Below are positions 7,330-9,357 of a stretch of DNA of 9,357 nucleotides, piece after piece. Location: the NCBI GenBank assembly GCA_043228905.1, contig JBHGNT010001367.1, positions 1 to 9,357 of the forward strand, given 5' to 3'. The notes beneath the pieces were generated by a model. It had not been told where the DNA came from. It saw nothing but the letters and a program-made list of their open reading frames with translations, and made no database searches. Origin of the DNA: Azolla caroliniana. Taxonomy: Eukaryota > Plantae > Polypodiophyta. Position numbers and translations under genes: made by a program. Within the stretch, counting starts at the first letter, position 1. Every line of letters begins with the position of its first letter.

Positions 7330-9357
7330 AAAACTCCTATTATGCACATCTTCATATTATAAAGAATGTGCTTGTTTCAAAACTTAAAAGAAATTTTCTT
7401 TGGGAATGGTTTACTGAAGATATCAACAACTTGATCATTTGTCTTCACATGGTCCAAATCAACTACAGATTCAACAATCTTCTCACAAACAAAATGATAT
7501 TGCACTTAAGTAATTTGACTGCAAGCATGAAATTTTGTCGTTAACAAGATTGAGCTTATGATAATCACAATAGATAATCAACAATAACATTTTTATAACA
7601 TCTCTAACCATATAGCTCCATGTACAATACGGGTTGCAATTATGTACTCTACTTTAGTAGTACTTAACGTGTCTGTTAGCTACATCTTTGATAACCATGA
7701 AACAACCCCGCTTCCAAGTGAACACTAATATCAACTTGTACTTACTCTTGTTTCTTTATCTCAAACCTAATTTGCATCATAAAAGAAATGATGAGAAAAG
7801 TCATCATCGGAAACAAAATACCATATTCCAATGTGTCTTCAATGTATCGTAGAATTCTTTTCTTTGCTCCCCTCGAGTATGCTTTCTTAGTTTCCTGCAT
7901 GTTTTTACTAACTATGCCAACAACTAATGCGATACTTGGTCCTGTAATAGTCAAATACATTAATTTTATAACCATTTGTTGATACATCTTAACATTTGTG
8001 ATGGTGTAAAGGTCATAACCAAGAACAATATTGCATTCAAATTCATGGAAATGAGAATAGAGAAAATAAAAGGAGATTCACAATAACAACACCAAAGCTT
8101 GCGTTCAACCATAATGGTTCATCAATGCTTTAACACGTGTTTATGTAACATAGTTTGGGCACGTGCATTCAAAGTTATTATTTTGGAATATTTTTTATGC
8201 TCTGTGTTGTGTTAGTGGTTTAAATTTTAATCATTTGAGAAATGAAGTATTTTAATTGATTTCTCAATTAAATGCTCATGGATTGTTAAGAATATGACTT
8301 AAGCATTTCTTAATAAAAAATTATATCTTCGAAAAATTGAGTGCATGGTCGATAATAACTTGGTTTGCACACAAACTAGTTACTAAATTGCAAACTGTGG
8401 CTTAAAACACCTCACTTGTTTGTGAATCTCTTGAATAGTTTGGTTTGAACTTAGAAAACCCTTTAATGGTTTGCTTTAAATGGTTTCAGTTTAGACAATT
8501 TCCATTTAATATCTTTTCACAAATCGGTTTGGTTTGGTTTTATTTTTATTTTTTTAAAATGGTTTGAGTTTTAGACTCCCAAACTGAACACGAGCTGAAT
8601 TGTTGCCGATTGTTAGATGTATTACAAGACTTTGTTTGTAGTTGATACAAGTAGTTTCTCAACATTTTAATCCATAATTAGCTTGCTGTTTGTTTCAATC
8701 CATAAAAATCACCTTTTCAAGTTGCATGCAAAGTTAAGATTGAGATTGTTTTTTGGAACCTTCTAATTGTTCCACGAACACTTATTCCGTCAAAATATCA
8801 TTTAGAAAAACAATTTTAACATCGATTTTATTTAAAGTCCAATTTAGAGTTGTTGCCACAGAAATAAAAAATATAATCGACATCATTTTAGCCATTGGTG
8901 CAAAAGTTTCTTCATGATCTCCACCATACTTTTGAGAATAACCTTTGGTCACTACTTGTGTGTTACGACTATTTAAAGAACCATTTGAGCTAAGACCAAT
9001 ACACTCATCCACAACTAATTACAACCTTTATCCCTTTGGGTCTAGGCATTAGCCTCCTAGGTATAACATTTTTATGCAATGCATCAATTCTTCGTGCATA
9101 GCATACATTCACTTTGATTTCTCACATGCATCTTCAAAACAATTAGGCTCGCGGTAATTAGTAAATTTAGCCACGGCCCACGAGTAGATAATATTGTGCA
9201 ATACAACTATCATATGCTAACCTTTGAACAAGTTTTCTTACTTTAGTAGATCTTCTCAATTATAAAGTTGATGTCATATTATTTATGTCAAATTCATCTG
9301 CAATCTCATCCTTTTTCCCATGTTCACCATCACTATCTTCATTCATGTCCCTTGCCT
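7330..9357 (-). mobile_element. Degenerate Ty1/copia LTR retrotransposon, pol 3' half (INT-RT linker, RT, RNase H); continues beyond the window end
   Basis: Collinear minus-strand motifs, broken by stops and frameshifts: LRRSTKVRK (about 9235-9260), EPNCFEDA...K*MYAMHEE (about 9090-9150), VVTKGYSQKYGGDHEETFAPMAKM...IDVKIVFLN (ORF 8782-9012), FYGLKQ (about 8690-8707), YQQMV..LMYLTITGPSI...VGIVSK.MQ...KRILRYI..T..YG (ORF 7742-7987), LSTTKVEY (7644-7667), FHA...VQYHFVCEK (7479-7532) and DQVVDIFSKP (about 7408-7437, the ADIFTK motif). Confidence 0.93.
8096..8596. mobile_element. Non-autonomous TIR DNA transposon (hAT-like/MITE) nested in the copia RT
   Basis: The 12 bp inverted termini AGCTTGCGTTCA (8096-8107) and TGAACACGAGCT (8585-8596) match at 10/12. 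The AT-rich non-coding interior has many (T/C)GGTTT motifs concentrated at 8360-8570. It interrupts copia homology. No target-site duplication was found. Confidence 0.6.

Noticed and set aside
7788-7982. 64 aa plus-strand ORF
   Set aside because: It is the antisense shadow of the copia RT remnant.

Overview
Land-plant nuclear DNA (species not determinable from the sequence). One clear gene: a single, uninterrupted, GC-rich minus-strand ORF (2154-3701, 515 aa) encoding a plant sn-2 glycerol-3-phosphate acyltransferase (GPAT1-8 family, cutin/suberin type). Its acyltransferase domain is intact, but its N-terminal HAD-like phosphatase domain is heavily remodelled: motif I Asp residues are lost, the GDxxxD segment is replaced by a short tandemly duplicated peptide, and a His/Asp repeat is added. 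A TATA-like box and clustered MYB AC-element and TCP-like sites lie upstream. The AT-rich flanks hold transposon debris. A decayed Ty1/copia RT-RNase H on the minus strand (about 7330-9357) has its YVDD region missing and replaced by a roughly 500 bp TIR-bounded, hAT-like non-autonomous element. There is also a TG...CA LTR-like segment (7045-7315), a probable very old LINE remnant (about 1-960) containing a recent 92 bp tandem duplication, and several microsatellites. I see no convincing new multi-gene system; the remodelled, intronless GPAT is the most interesting object. All family comparisons are from recalled consensus motifs, not database searches.
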